Positions 38,339-47,338 of a DNA stretch of 64,000 bases are shown here, piece by piece; positions within the stretch are counted from its first letter, which is position 1, and every line of letters starts with the position of its first letter. A program made the position numbers and the translations under genes. The notes under the pieces are model-generated. The model saw nothing but the letters and a program-made list of their open reading frames with translations. It was not told the DNA's origin and did not search any database. The DNA is from Candidatus Rokuibacteriota bacterium (lineage in GTDB: Bacteria; Methylomirabilota; Methylomirabilia; Rokubacteriales; CSP1-6), in NCBI GenBank assembly GCA_003220345.1, contig QHSC01000099.1:1601-65600 (forward strand), written 5' to 3'.

Positions 38339-38670
38339 AGGGGCTTGCCCGTGCGGCGAGGCCGGCGGCGCAATGCCGCCACCTCGTTCTGGAGCTCTAC
38401 CTCAGGCTCAGCGAGGCGTCGCAGGAACTGCTTGAGGGCGTCGCGAGCGAAGTATCGGGGATCCAGCTGGAACACTCGCGTGCGGCCGACCGAGCGCCCG
38501 GCGACCAGACCGTCGCGCTCGAGTCCGCGTAGCGCCTGCTGGACGCCATTGAGAGGCGCGCCCACGACACGCGACAATTCCCGAGGGTAGCTCTCGCCAA
38601 GCAGAGAGAGGGCGAGAAGGACGCGGGTACGTGTCGCGCTCCCGAATGGACTCGAGGTAGCCAGGACCAT
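38335..38670 (-). CDS. Winged helix-turn-helix transcriptional regulator (ArsR/PadR-like; candidate antitoxin)
   Basis: 111 aa. TRTRVLLALSLLGESYPRELSRVVGAPLNGVQQALRGLERDGLV is a typical wHTH. Coupled to the NTase gene. Confidence 0.7.
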   Translation of the reverse strand: MVLATSSPFGSATRTRVLLALSLLGESYPRELSRVVGAPLNGVQQALRGLERDGLVAGRSVGRTRVFQLDPRYFARDALKQFLRRLAEPEVELQNEVAALRRRPRRTGKPL

Positions 38671-38676
38671 AAGTAT

Positions 38677-38703
38677 TGGTCATATGACCATAGTTTATGG
38701 TCA
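38677..38703. promoter_or_regulatory. Candidate operator: 14-bp perfect palindrome TGGTCATATGACCA plus a third TGGTCA half-site
   Basis: Palindrome at 38677..38690, 7 nt upstream of the wHTH start codon. Extra TGGTCA at 38698..38703. Embedded in an AT-rich stretch of an otherwise GC-rich window. Confidence 0.4.
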
Positions 38704-38788
38704 ATAGTCAACTCCGGCCGGGCGGGGGAGAGGCGGGCGAGGCCACGACTCTCCATATTCCAGGCGCCTTATCAGGTACACTCCTCGC

Positions 38789-39715
38789 GTGCGCGCGTAT
38801 CTTGTCTCGCGGCTCGCCCAGACCGCGCTCGTGGTCTTCCTCTCCCTCACCGCCGTCTTCTTCCTGGTACGGCTGACCGGCGATCCCGTCCTGCTCTTCC
38901 TGCCCATGGATATCCAGGCCAAGGACGTCAACGAGTTCCGCCAGCGCCTCGGCTTCAACGATCCTCTGCCCGTGCAGTACGGCCGCTTTCTCTCGGGCGC
39001 GGCCCGCGGCGATTTCGGCGAGTCGCTGCGCTACCGGCGCGACGCCATGCGTCTCGTCCTGGAGCGGCTCCCCGCTACCCTCGAGCTGGGACTGGCCGCG
39101 CTCCTCCTCGCCTTCTCCATCTCCATTCCCATCGGCATCCTCTCGGCCACGCATCGGGGCACCCTCGTCGACTATCTCGGGATGGGTGGGGCCGTGCTCG
39201 GACAGGCCATCCCCGGCTTCTGGCTCGGCCTCATGCTGATCTACTTCTTTTCCGTCCGTCTCCACTGGCTGCCCACGGGGGGCATGGGCGGGCCCACGCA
39301 CTTCGTCATGCCGTGCATCGTCCTCGCCTCGTTCTATGCCGCGCGCATGGCGCGCCTCACGCGCTCGTCCGTCCTCGACGTCCTCGGCGCCGAGTTCGTC
39401 CTCACGGCGCGCGCGAAGGGCCTGGCCGAGCGGATCGTGATCGTCAAGCACGCGCTGAAGAACGCCGCCATCCCCATCGTGACGCTCGCCGGGCTCGAGA
39501 CCGGCCAGCTCCTGGGCGGCGCCGTCATCACGGAAACCATCTTCGCCTGGCCCGGGCTCGGGCGGCTCACCGTGCAGGCACTTCTCAACCGAGATTTCCC
39601 GGTGGTGCTCGCGGCCGTCTTCGTCATCTCCGTCACCTACACCCTCATCAACCTCGGGGTTGATCTCCTGTACGGGTGGCTGGACCCCCGCACGAGGCGC
39701 GAAGTGGCCGCATGA
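38789..39715 (+). CDS. ABC transporter permease, DppB/OppB type
   Basis: 308 aa, N-terminal MRAYLVSRLAQTALVVFL, EAA-loop region TARAKGLAERIVIVKHALKNA. Confidence 0.9.
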   Translation: MRAYLVSRLAQTALVVFLSLTAVFFLVRLTGDPVLLFLPMDIQAKDVNEFRQRLGFNDPLPVQYGRFLSGAARGDFGESLRYRRDAMRLVLERLPATLELGLAALLLAFSISIPIGILSATHRGTLVDYLGMGGAVLGQAIPGFWLGLMLIYFFSVRLHWLPTGGMGGPTHFVMPCIVLASFYAARMARLTRSSVLDVLGAEFVLTARAKGLAERIVIVKHALKNAAIPIVTLAGLETGQLLGGAVITETIFAWPGLGRLTVQALLNRDFPVVLAAVFVISVTYTLINLGVDLLYGWLDPRTRREVAA

Positions 39716-40539
39716 AGGTGGCCGCGATCAGGCGGAACGGCCTCGGCCTCCTCGGCCTCGTCCTCGCGGCGGCGGCAGTGCTCGCGGCGCTCGCCGCGCC
39801 GATCCTGGCTCCCCACAACCCCTTCATCGGCGACATGACCCAGGGTCTGCGGCCGCCCGGCACGCCCGGGCATCCCCTCGGCACCGACCAGCTCGGGCGC
39901 GACACGCTCTCGCGTGTGCTCTACGGCGCCCGCGTGGCCCTCTTCATCGGCCTGTGCACGGTGCTCGTGACGGCCATCGTGGGCGGGCTCCTGGGCCTCC
40001 TCGCGGGCTTCTTCGGCGGCTGGTCTGGTCAGGTCCTCATGCGGCTCTGTGATGTCCAGCTCTCCTTCCCGTTCATCCTCCTCGCCCTGACCATCAATGC
40101 CATCGTGGGCCTTGGCCTGCGCAACATCATCATCAGTTTGTCAGCGGCGGGCTGGGTCGTGTATGCTCGCGTCGTCCGCGGGGAGGTCCTGTCGGTGAAG
40201 CAGCGCGATTTCGTCCAGGCCGCGGCCGCCCTCGGCACGAGCCGGGCACGCATCCTGTTCCGCCACATCCTCCCCAACGTCGCTCCGTCCATCATCATCG
40301 TGGCGAGCTTGCAGTTCTCGCAGTTCATCGTGGCGGAAGCGGCCATCTCGTTCCTCGGGTTCGGGGTGCAGCCGCCCACGCCCGCCTGGGGGAGCATGCT
40401 CTCGGAGAGCCGCGACTTTCTCTACGTCGCCTGGTGGCTGACCGCCTTCCCCGGTGCCGCGCTGGCCCTGACCGCGCTCGGCGTCAACCTGGTCGGTGAC
40501 TGGCTCCGTGACGTCCTCGATCCCAAGTTCCAGGTGTAG
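39712..40539 (+). CDS. ABC transporter permease, DppC/OppC type
   Basis: ATG 39712 overlaps the upstream stop (ATGA). FVQAAAALGTSRARILFRHILPN EAA loop. Confidence 0.9.
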   Translation: MKVAAIRRNGLGLLGLVLAAAAVLAALAAPILAPHNPFIGDMTQGLRPPGTPGHPLGTDQLGRDTLSRVLYGARVALFIGLCTVLVTAIVGGLLGLLAGFFGGWSGQVLMRLCDVQLSFPFILLALTINAIVGLGLRNIIISLSAAGWVVYARVVRGEVLSVKQRDFVQAAAALGTSRARILFRHILPNVAPSIIIVASLQFSQFIVAEAAISFLGFGVQPPTPAWGSMLSESRDFLYVAWWLTAFPGAALALTALGVNLVGDWLRDVLDPKFQV

Positions 40540-40549
40540 GCATGGGCAC

Positions 40550-40981
40550 ATGGCTCCCGCGCTGAGCATCAGGAAGGCCCGTCCCGAGGACATCGAGCGC
40601 GTGCTCGAGCTCTGGAGGGATGCCGGGGCAACTCCGAAACCGACCGATACGCCCCCGGATCTGGCACGGCTCCTGGCTCAGGCGCAGGCGGTCCTCCTCG
40701 TCGCCGAAGCCGATGGCCGCGTGGTGGGCACGGTGGTCGGCGGATGGGACGGCTGGCGGGGTAACATCTACCGCCTCGCCGTGCTGCCCGAGTACCGGCG
40801 CCGCGGGATCGCGGGCGCCCTCATGCGCGAGGTGGACGCGGTCCTGGCAGGCCTGGGCGCGCGGCGGATCACCGCCCTCGTCGAGCACGATCATGCATGG
40901 GCCGTCGGTTTCTGGAACGCGCTCGAGCGCGCCGGCTACCGGCACGACCCGACGATGACACGATACGTGAAGACGTTCTAG
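40550..40981 (+). CDS. GNAT family N-acetyltransferase
   Basis: ATG 40550. Acetyl-CoA binding motif VLPEYRRRGIAGALM (R/QxxGxG/A). Confidence 0.85.
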   Translation: MAPALSIRKARPEDIERVLELWRDAGATPKPTDTPPDLARLLAQAQAVLLVAEADGRVVGTVVGGWDGWRGNIYRLAVLPEYRRRGIAGALMREVDAVLAGLGARRITALVEHDHAWAVGFWNALERAGYRHDPTMTRYVKTF

Positions 40982-41026
40982 ACAGGCACAGACAGCACAG
41001 GTCTAACGTACAAGGAGGATGCCCTC

Positions 41027-42550
41027 GTGCAATTCCTGAAAATCCTCGCAGCCATGCTTGCCCTCTTGGCCTCGGCCACCCCGGTCCTTGCCCAGGATCG
41101 AATGAAGGCCGAGGAAGTCATCGTGGCCTTCGCGGCAGAGCCCCGGACGCTCCTGCCCAACACCATCGTGGACTGGACGACCAACAACATGGTCGAGCAC
41201 ATGTACGATCGGCTGGTCGACCGCGATCCGAAGAGCTACAAGCCGATCCCCATGCTCGCCATCTCGTGGAAGGTGGTGGACAACACCACGTGGGAGTTCG
41301 CCCTGCGCAAGGGCGTCAAGTTCCACAACGGCGAGCCCTTCGATGCCCAGAGCGTCAAGGCGACCATGGACTACATCAAGGACCCCGCCAACAAGACGCA
41401 CTACCTGCCGCGCTGGACACTGGTGAAGGAAGTCCAGATCGTCGATCCCTACACGGTACGCTTCATCACCGACAAGCCATGGCCGGGGCTCATCGACCGC
41501 ATCTCCCTGCAGGATTTCATGCCGATGCCGCCCAAGGCCCTCAAGGAGGGCATCCAGGCTCTGGCCGCCAAGCCCGCGGGCACGGGGCCCTTCAAGTTCT
41601 CGCAGTGGGTGCGCGACGAGAAGCTCATCGTCACCCGCAACGACGACTACTGGAAGGGCAAGCCCGAGCTCAAGAAGGTCACCTTCCGCTTCATCCCCGA
41701 GTTCAGCGCGCGCCTTGCCGCGCTTCTCGCCGGCGAGATCGATATCATGAAGGACGTGCCGCCGCACGCCGTGGACCTCGTCAACGCCAGCGGCAAGGCG
41801 ACCGTGCGGGCCACCGTCTCCTCGCGCATCAACTACCTGGCCCTCGTCAACCTCAAGCAGGGGCCGATGCAGGACCTGAAGGTGCGCAAGGCCATCGCGC
41901 AGTCGGTCAACGTGGACGAGCTCATCCAGAACGTGCTCCGGGGGCGCGCGAGCAAGATGTGCGGGCCGCTTTCTCCCATCAACGTCGACTACTTCCCCAA
42001 GGTCCAGTGCCTCAAGTACGATCCCAAGCAGGCCCAGGCCCTCTTCAAGGAAGCCGGCGTCGATCCGAAGACGCTGACCCTCACCCTCGACACGCCCTCG
42101 GGCCGGTACCCGCTCGACAAGGACATCTCGCAGGCCATCGCCGCCCAGCTCGGGCGACAAGGCATCACCGTGAACGTGGTGGTCAACGAGTGGGGCACGC
42201 ACCTCGACAAGATCAAGAACCGCACGACCGGCGACATGTTCTTCCTCGGCTGGGGGCCCGCCCTCGATGCCCAGAACACCATCGAGCAGCTCTTCCAGGG
42301 CTCCATGACGTACTCGTCCTACGGCGGCAACAAGGCGCTCGAGGACAAGATCCAGACGGCCGTCACCATCGTGGACCCGCAGAAGCGCCTGGCCGCCTGG
42401 GCCGAGCTCCAGCAGCTCGTGGCCGCCGAGGTGCCGTGGGTCTTCCTCTGGCAGCAGCACGATCTCTACGGCGTGGCGAACTGGGTGGAGTGGCAGCCCC
42501 GGGCCGACGAGAAGGTGTGGATGTTCGAAGCGAAGATCGGGAAGAAGTAA
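41027..42550 (+). CDS. ABC transporter substrate-binding protein, family 5 (peptide/nickel type)
   Basis: 507 aa. Signal peptide MQFLKILAAMLALLASATPVLA. SBP_bac_5-like sequence throughout. Confidence 0.9.
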   Translation: MQFLKILAAMLALLASATPVLAQDRMKAEEVIVAFAAEPRTLLPNTIVDWTTNNMVEHMYDRLVDRDPKSYKPIPMLAISWKVVDNTTWEFALRKGVKFHNGEPFDAQSVKATMDYIKDPANKTHYLPRWTLVKEVQIVDPYTVRFITDKPWPGLIDRISLQDFMPMPPKALKEGIQALAAKPAGTGPFKFSQWVRDEKLIVTRNDDYWKGKPELKKVTFRFIPEFSARLAALLAGEIDIMKDVPPHAVDLVNASGKATVRATVSSRINYLALVNLKQGPMQDLKVRKAIAQSVNVDELIQNVLRGRASKMCGPLSPINVDYFPKVQCLKYDPKQAQALFKEAGVDPKTLTLTLDTPSGRYPLDKDISQAIAAQLGRQGITVNVVVNEWGTHLDKIKNRTTGDMFFLGWGPALDAQNTIEQLFQGSMTYSSYGGNKALEDKIQTAVTIVDPQKRLAAWAELQQLVAAEVPWVFLWQQHDLYGVANWVEWQPRADEKVWMFEAKIGKK

Positions 42551-42561
42551 GGAGACCGTCA

Positions 42562-43797
42562 ATGGGCATCACCGTTCTTCGAAACGCGTTCCTGATCGAC
42601 TGCACGGGCAAGGAGCCCGTCGACGGTGCCGCCGTCGTGATCGAGGGCGAGCGGATCAAGGACGTCATCCGCTCGGGCAAGGTCGGCCCTCTCAAGGGCA
42701 AGATCACCACCCTCGACCTCAAGGGCCGGACGCTGATGCCGGGCTTGACCGACGCGCACGTCCACATGTGCGCCGTCGAGGGCAACATCACTGACCAGCA
42801 CCGCCTCCTGCCCCCGAGCCTCATCGTGGCCAAGGCCATCCGCCGCATGGAGCAGGCGCTCCTGCAGGGCTTCACCACGGTGCGCGATGCGGGCGGGGCC
42901 GACTACGGCTTTCGCGAGGCGGTGGCGCAGGGCATTCATCCCGGCCCGCGCATGCTGATCTCGGGCCAGTACCTCTCGCAGACGGGTGGGCACGGCGACA
43001 AGCGACGCCGGGCGGAATGGCACGATCCCATCGAGTGCTGCACGGGCATGATCGGCATCATCGCGGACGGCCCCGACGAGGTGCGCAAGGCCGCGCGCGA
43101 GACCCTGCGCCACGACGTCGACCAGATCAAGATCATGGCCTCGGGCGGCGCCATGTCGCCGGGCGACGAGCTGGACACCACGCAGTACACCATCGAGGAG
43201 ATGCGCGCGGCCGTCGAGGAAGCGGAGGCCGTGGGCAAGTACGTGCTCGCCCACGCGTACTCGGGCAAGGCCGTGCGCGCCGCCGTGAAGGCGGGGGTCC
43301 GCTGCATCGAGCACGGCAACTTGATCGATGCCCAGGCCGCGCAGGAGATCAAGAAGGCGGGGGCCTTCCTCGTCCCGACCATGGTCACCTACGAGGCGAT
43401 CTGGCGCGAGGGCAAGAGCTACGGCATCGGCGAGCACCAGATCCAGAAGATCAACATGGCCCGGGAGAAGAGCGTGGAAGGGCTCGGCCACGCCTACAAG
43501 GCCGGCTGCAAGATCGGCTCGGGCTCGGACCTGCTCGGTGACATGCAGGCCCACCGCACCACGGAGCTCGAGCTCAAAGGCCAGGTCATGAAGCCCATGG
43601 AGGTCTTGCTCTCCGCCACGCGGGTCAATGCCGAGATCTTCCGCATGGAGAGCCAGATCGGCTCCGTCGAGCCCGGGAAATACGCCGACCTGATCGCGGT
43701 CAAGGGCAACCCGCTCAAGGACCTGCGCGTCTTCCAGAACGGAGAGAACCTTCACCTCATCATGAAGGGCGGCCAGGCGTACAAGCTCACTCTGTGA
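42562..43797 (+). CDS. Amidohydrolase family metallo-dependent hydrolase
   Basis: ATG 42562 with AAGGAG upstream. PGLTDAHVHM (HxH metal site). Later His/Asp ligands in a TIM-barrel amidohydrolase pattern. Confidence 0.85.
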   Translation: MGITVLRNAFLIDCTGKEPVDGAAVVIEGERIKDVIRSGKVGPLKGKITTLDLKGRTLMPGLTDAHVHMCAVEGNITDQHRLLPPSLIVAKAIRRMEQALLQGFTTVRDAGGADYGFREAVAQGIHPGPRMLISGQYLSQTGGHGDKRRRAEWHDPIECCTGMIGIIADGPDEVRKAARETLRHDVDQIKIMASGGAMSPGDELDTTQYTIEEMRAAVEEAEAVGKYVLAHAYSGKAVRAAVKAGVRCIEHGNLIDAQAAQEIKKAGAFLVPTMVTYEAIWREGKSYGIGEHQIQKINMAREKSVEGLGHAYKAGCKIGSGSDLLGDMQAHRTTELELKGQVMKPMEVLLSATRVNAEIFRMESQIGSVEPGKYADLIAVKGNPLKDLRVFQNGENLHLIMKGGQAYKLTL

Positions 43798-44687
43798 GGT
43801 CGACCTCGGGCGCCGCCGCCGCCGCCCTCCTGCTCGTCATCCTGCTCTGGGCCTCGAACTCTATCCTGGTCAAGATCGTCCTGCGGGAGATCGACCCGCT
43901 CACGTTGACCTGGCTGCGCTACGTGATCGCCGGGCTCTTCTACGTCCCCTACGCGGTCCTGACCCGCGCGGAGGCGCCGCGGTACACGTGGCGAGAGGGG
44001 GTGATGCTGGTGGCCGCCGGCATCGCCCTCGTGCCCGTCTTCAACTTGACCCTTTACTGGGCGCTCAGCTACACGACGGTGGCGAACACCGCGCTCGTGC
44101 GCATGACCGAGCCCGCCTGGGTGCTCCTCCTGGGCGCCCTCCTGCTGGGTGAGCGCGTGAGGCCACGGCAGCTCGGCGGGTTCGCCCTCGCCCTGCTCGG
44201 CACGCTGGCCCTCGTGCTGCTCGGGCGGCAGCCGAGCGGCGGGGGCGAGCACCACGTCCTCGGCATGCTCTACATGGGCGCCAACTCCCTTGCCTGGGTC
44301 GGCTACATTCTCTGCTTCAAGGATCTGCTCCGCCGCCACCGCGTCGCCCAGCTGACCACGCATGCCGCTCTCGTCGGCACCGCCGCGCTCTTTCTCGCCA
44401 CGGGCTGGACCCACGCGCGGACGATCGCGGATCAGGCCTTCGCCATGAGCGCTCTCGGCTGGGTCCTCGTCGTCGCCATGGCGCTGCTCGTGACCATCGC
44501 CTCCAACCAGCTCTTCGCCTTTGGTCTCCAGCGCGTGCCCGCGGGCGTGGCCACGGCCTACTCCTATCTCATTCCCGTCTTCGCGGCAGGCGGCGCGTGG
44601 CTCTTCCTCGGCGAGCCCATCACCAAGGTCGTGGTGGTCTGCGGCGCCGTCATCGCGGCGGGAGTCTACCTGATCAACCGGGCCTGA
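43794..44687 (+). CDS. EamA/DMT family transporter
   Basis: 297 aa with 10 predicted TM helices in two EamA repeats. GTG overlaps the upstream stop. Confidence 0.85.
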   Translation: MRSTSGAAAAALLLVILLWASNSILVKIVLREIDPLTLTWLRYVIAGLFYVPYAVLTRAEAPRYTWREGVMLVAAGIALVPVFNLTLYWALSYTTVANTALVRMTEPAWVLLLGALLLGERVRPRQLGGFALALLGTLALVLLGRQPSGGGEHHVLGMLYMGANSLAWVGYILCFKDLLRRHRVAQLTTHAALVGTAALFLATGWTHARTIADQAFAMSALGWVLVVAMALLVTIASNQLFAFGLQRVPAGVATAYSYLIPVFAAGGAWLFLGEPITKVVVVCGAVIAAGVYLINRA

Positions 44688-44717
44688 ATCCGCGCCGCGC
44701 CACGCGCGCTCCGATCC

Positions 44718-46685
44718 CTACCGCAGGAAGTAGGCGAGCTCGCGGCCCTTGGTGCCGGCCACGTACGGGTCCTGCCACTTGTCCGTCGTCTGCAAGAAGC
44801 CCTTGCCCGTCGGCTTCTTCGGCGCCGGCTTGCCCGCGAGGAGAGCCTCGCGCGTCTGCTGCTCGAGGGCCGCGCGGAACTTGTAGTGGTCGTAGACGTC
44901 GAGCACGTGCACGGTGTAGGCAAGCGCCACGTGGGGGTTGCCCCGGATGATCACCATGTTCTCGTCGTTGGCGTAGGAGGCCTTGAAGCCGAGATTGTGA
45001 CTCCCCGTGATGACCATGCAGTCGGTCTTCGAGAGCGGGTCGATGACCACGATCTTGTCGTGGATGATGGCGTGGCCCGCGCTCAAGAGCTCCCTCTGGA
45101 AGTCGCCGATGAGATCGTTGATGGCAGCCGCGCGAATCATCAGCACGTTGGGCGCCCCGTTCGGCGAGAAGATGGCGGGCGGCGGAATCTTGGGCTTCGT
45201 CTTGTCCTTCTTCTGGCCGGGCGGCGGCGCCACGAAGCCGGGCACCGCGGTAGGGTCGCTGATGGCCCCCATCACCATGAGCTTCGAATCGAGGCGGCCG
45301 AACTCGATCCCCGCGGAGACCACGGTGTTGACGTCCTCGCCCGCGGGATCGCTCCGTCCCGGATTGAAGACGAGGAAGAAGATCGCGTCCTTGGCCTTTT
45401 TCATCAGCTCGAACACCACCGCGAGATCGGGGGGCACCGTGCGTGTCTTCGGCGTTCCCACCTCGGGCGTGTTCGGGGAATACCACAGCTCCACCTGCGT
45501 CTGGTGGCCGTCGAGCTGGGCCTTCTTCGAATGCGCATCGGCCGCGCGCAGGGCCGGGCCCTGATTCGAGCCGAGCGGCGCCGTCAACGGTTTCGGGGTG
45601 GGCAGCTTGTCGGCGTGCAGGCGCTTCCAGTAGTCGAGATAGGCGGCGGCCACCGTGTCGGAGGTGAGGATGATGGTGTTGTTCGTCTGCGCGCACAAGC
45701 CGGTAGGCGTCCAGTTCGTGCTGCCCGTCCACACGGTGGTGGGCTTGCCGTGCTTGTCGAGGAGCACGGCGAACTTGTTGTGTCCGATGTGGTCGCTGTT
45801 GTTGAACATCCGGTTCTGCAGCCGCGGGCCCATGAGCTTCTGCAGCTTTGCCCGGACCGGCTGGTTCGTGACGTCCCACGTGACGGGGAGGCCGGATCCC
45901 TTGGGGGGCGACTTGCTCCCCGCCGTGCACAGGATCAGGTCGAGTCGCTTCTGGTGGGTGACGAGGAGGTTCTCCAGCTCAGGGTCGTCGAGCTCATAGA
46001 GCGCGAGATGCACGTGGCCGTCTACCTGGTCGGCGCGCTCGAAGAGCGACCGCAAGGCAGGCAAGACGTCGCCGGCGAGGAACGTGCGGATGGGATCGCC
46101 GGGCTTCTGGATATGGGCGTCGATCTGTGGCTTGGTCGGCGCGAGGCCGTCCGGGGTCCCGAGCTGCTTCCGGAGGTTCTGCGTGGAGAGGATGCCGTTC
46201 GTGAAGGTGACGGAAATGTCGCCGAAATCACTGGTGACGAGGATCTCGTCGGTCTGGATCGAGTCTCCGCAGATGAACAATGGAATGGGCGCGCCCTTGT
46301 ACTTGCCCGGCTGCGCGGTGGGCGAGGGCGGGACCGGCGCGCGCCCCGGCCCCGGGAGCCCCACGGGCACGATCTCGTACTTGGCCTTGAAGGCGGGCGG
46401 CCGCGTGGTCAGCGTGTTGCGGCTCTTGCGCAGGGTGAGGTCGCGCCAGGAGAATTTCTGGATGGGCCAGACGCTCGTGTCTTGCTCTTCCCACTTGGGG
46501 TTGGATTGGGTGGCGAAGGCGACCCAGGTGGGAAGATTGCGCCGTTCCACTTCCTGGCCGTTCAAGTCGAGATGGATGCGCGTGATCATGAAGCCGAGGC
46601 AGCCATCGATCTTTCCGTCCGTCTTCCATACGAGGTAGGCGACCTCGTTGTTGCACCACGCGCGTGCCGCCACGAGCTTCGCCAT
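44718..46685 (-). CDS. Phospholipase D family protein with two HKD motifs and an N-terminal domain of unknown function
   Basis: HNKFAVLLD...GSTN and HDKIVVID...GSHN match HxK(x)4D...GSxN twice. ATG 46685 has AGGAGG 6 nt upstream (the ORF track starts at 46706). Confidence 0.8.
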   Translation of the reverse strand: MAKLVAARAWCNNEVAYLVWKTDGKIDGCLGFMITRIHLDLNGQEVERRNLPTWVAFATQSNPKWEEQDTSVWPIQKFSWRDLTLRKSRNTLTTRPPAFKAKYEIVPVGLPGPGRAPVPPSPTAQPGKYKGAPIPLFICGDSIQTDEILVTSDFGDISVTFTNGILSTQNLRKQLGTPDGLAPTKPQIDAHIQKPGDPIRTFLAGDVLPALRSLFERADQVDGHVHLALYELDDPELENLLVTHQKRLDLILCTAGSKSPPKGSGLPVTWDVTNQPVRAKLQKLMGPRLQNRMFNNSDHIGHNKFAVLLDKHGKPTTVWTGSTNWTPTGLCAQTNNTIILTSDTVAAAYLDYWKRLHADKLPTPKPLTAPLGSNQGPALRAADAHSKKAQLDGHQTQVELWYSPNTPEVGTPKTRTVPPDLAVVFELMKKAKDAIFFLVFNPGRSDPAGEDVNTVVSAGIEFGRLDSKLMVMGAISDPTAVPGFVAPPPGQKKDKTKPKIPPPAIFSPNGAPNVLMIRAAAINDLIGDFQRELLSAGHAIIHDKIVVIDPLSKTDCMVITGSHNLGFKASYANDENMVIIRGNPHVALAYTVHVLDVYDHYKFRAALEQQTREALLAGKPAPKKPTGKGFLQTTDKWQDPYVAGTKGRELAYFLR

Positions 46686-46824
46686 CGATGGCCTCCTCTC
46701 GTGCATTCCGAGCGTTCGATCGACATCGCTACGTGTAGGGCGCGCAAAAGCTGCTTGTCAATCGGAAAGTGCGCTTACACCGTGGAGGCGGGGCGCGGCA
46801 TGAGATCTTGGAGCGTCAGCTCGC

Positions 46825-47229
46825 TCAGGCGTCAGCGAGGAGGCGCATCTCGACCTCGCGCCTCCTCGGCCCCTCGAACTCCACGAGCACGATCCGCTGG
46901 AACTCGCCGAGGGCGAGCTTGCCGTCCCGTACCGGCACGTGGACGCTCGGACCGACGAGGGCGCTGAGGAAGTGCGCCGCCACGTGAGCCCGCGAGTCGT
47001 GGCGGAAGGCGATCGGCGGGGTCAGCGTCTGGAGGATGTCCATGATGTCCTCGGGGACGCCGGTCTCCTTGGTCACGACCATGAGCCCCGCCGTCGTGTG
47101 TCTCAGGAACAGGTGACAGCTCCCGCCCGACGCCCCGCCGATGAGCGCCTCGACGCGTGCCGTGATATCGACGACCTCCTTGGCCGATTGTGTCTGGAGC
47201 TCGAGGGTGATGGGCATGGTCGTCGTCAT
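46825..47229 (-). CDS. YjbQ/UPF0047 family protein (secondary thiamine-phosphate synthase-like)
   Basis: ATG 47229 with GGAGGA upstream. VVDITARVE...CHLFLRHTTAGL...HVAAHFLSALVG is typical of YjbQ. Confidence 0.85.
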   Translation of the reverse strand: MTTTMPITLELQTQSAKEVVDITARVEALIGGASGGSCHLFLRHTTAGLMVVTKETGVPEDIMDILQTLTPPIAFRHDSRAHVAAHFLSALVGPSVHVPVRDGKLALGEFQRIVLVEFEGPRRREVEMRLLADA

Positions 47230-47338
47230 TCCCGTTCCTCCTGATCCCTGAACACCTAGCTCGAGTAGCCACGGCAATTGCCGAGACGGTCACGTCCTCT
47301 TCCTCACCCATCGAGGATGGCCACCCGGAGCCGCCCGG

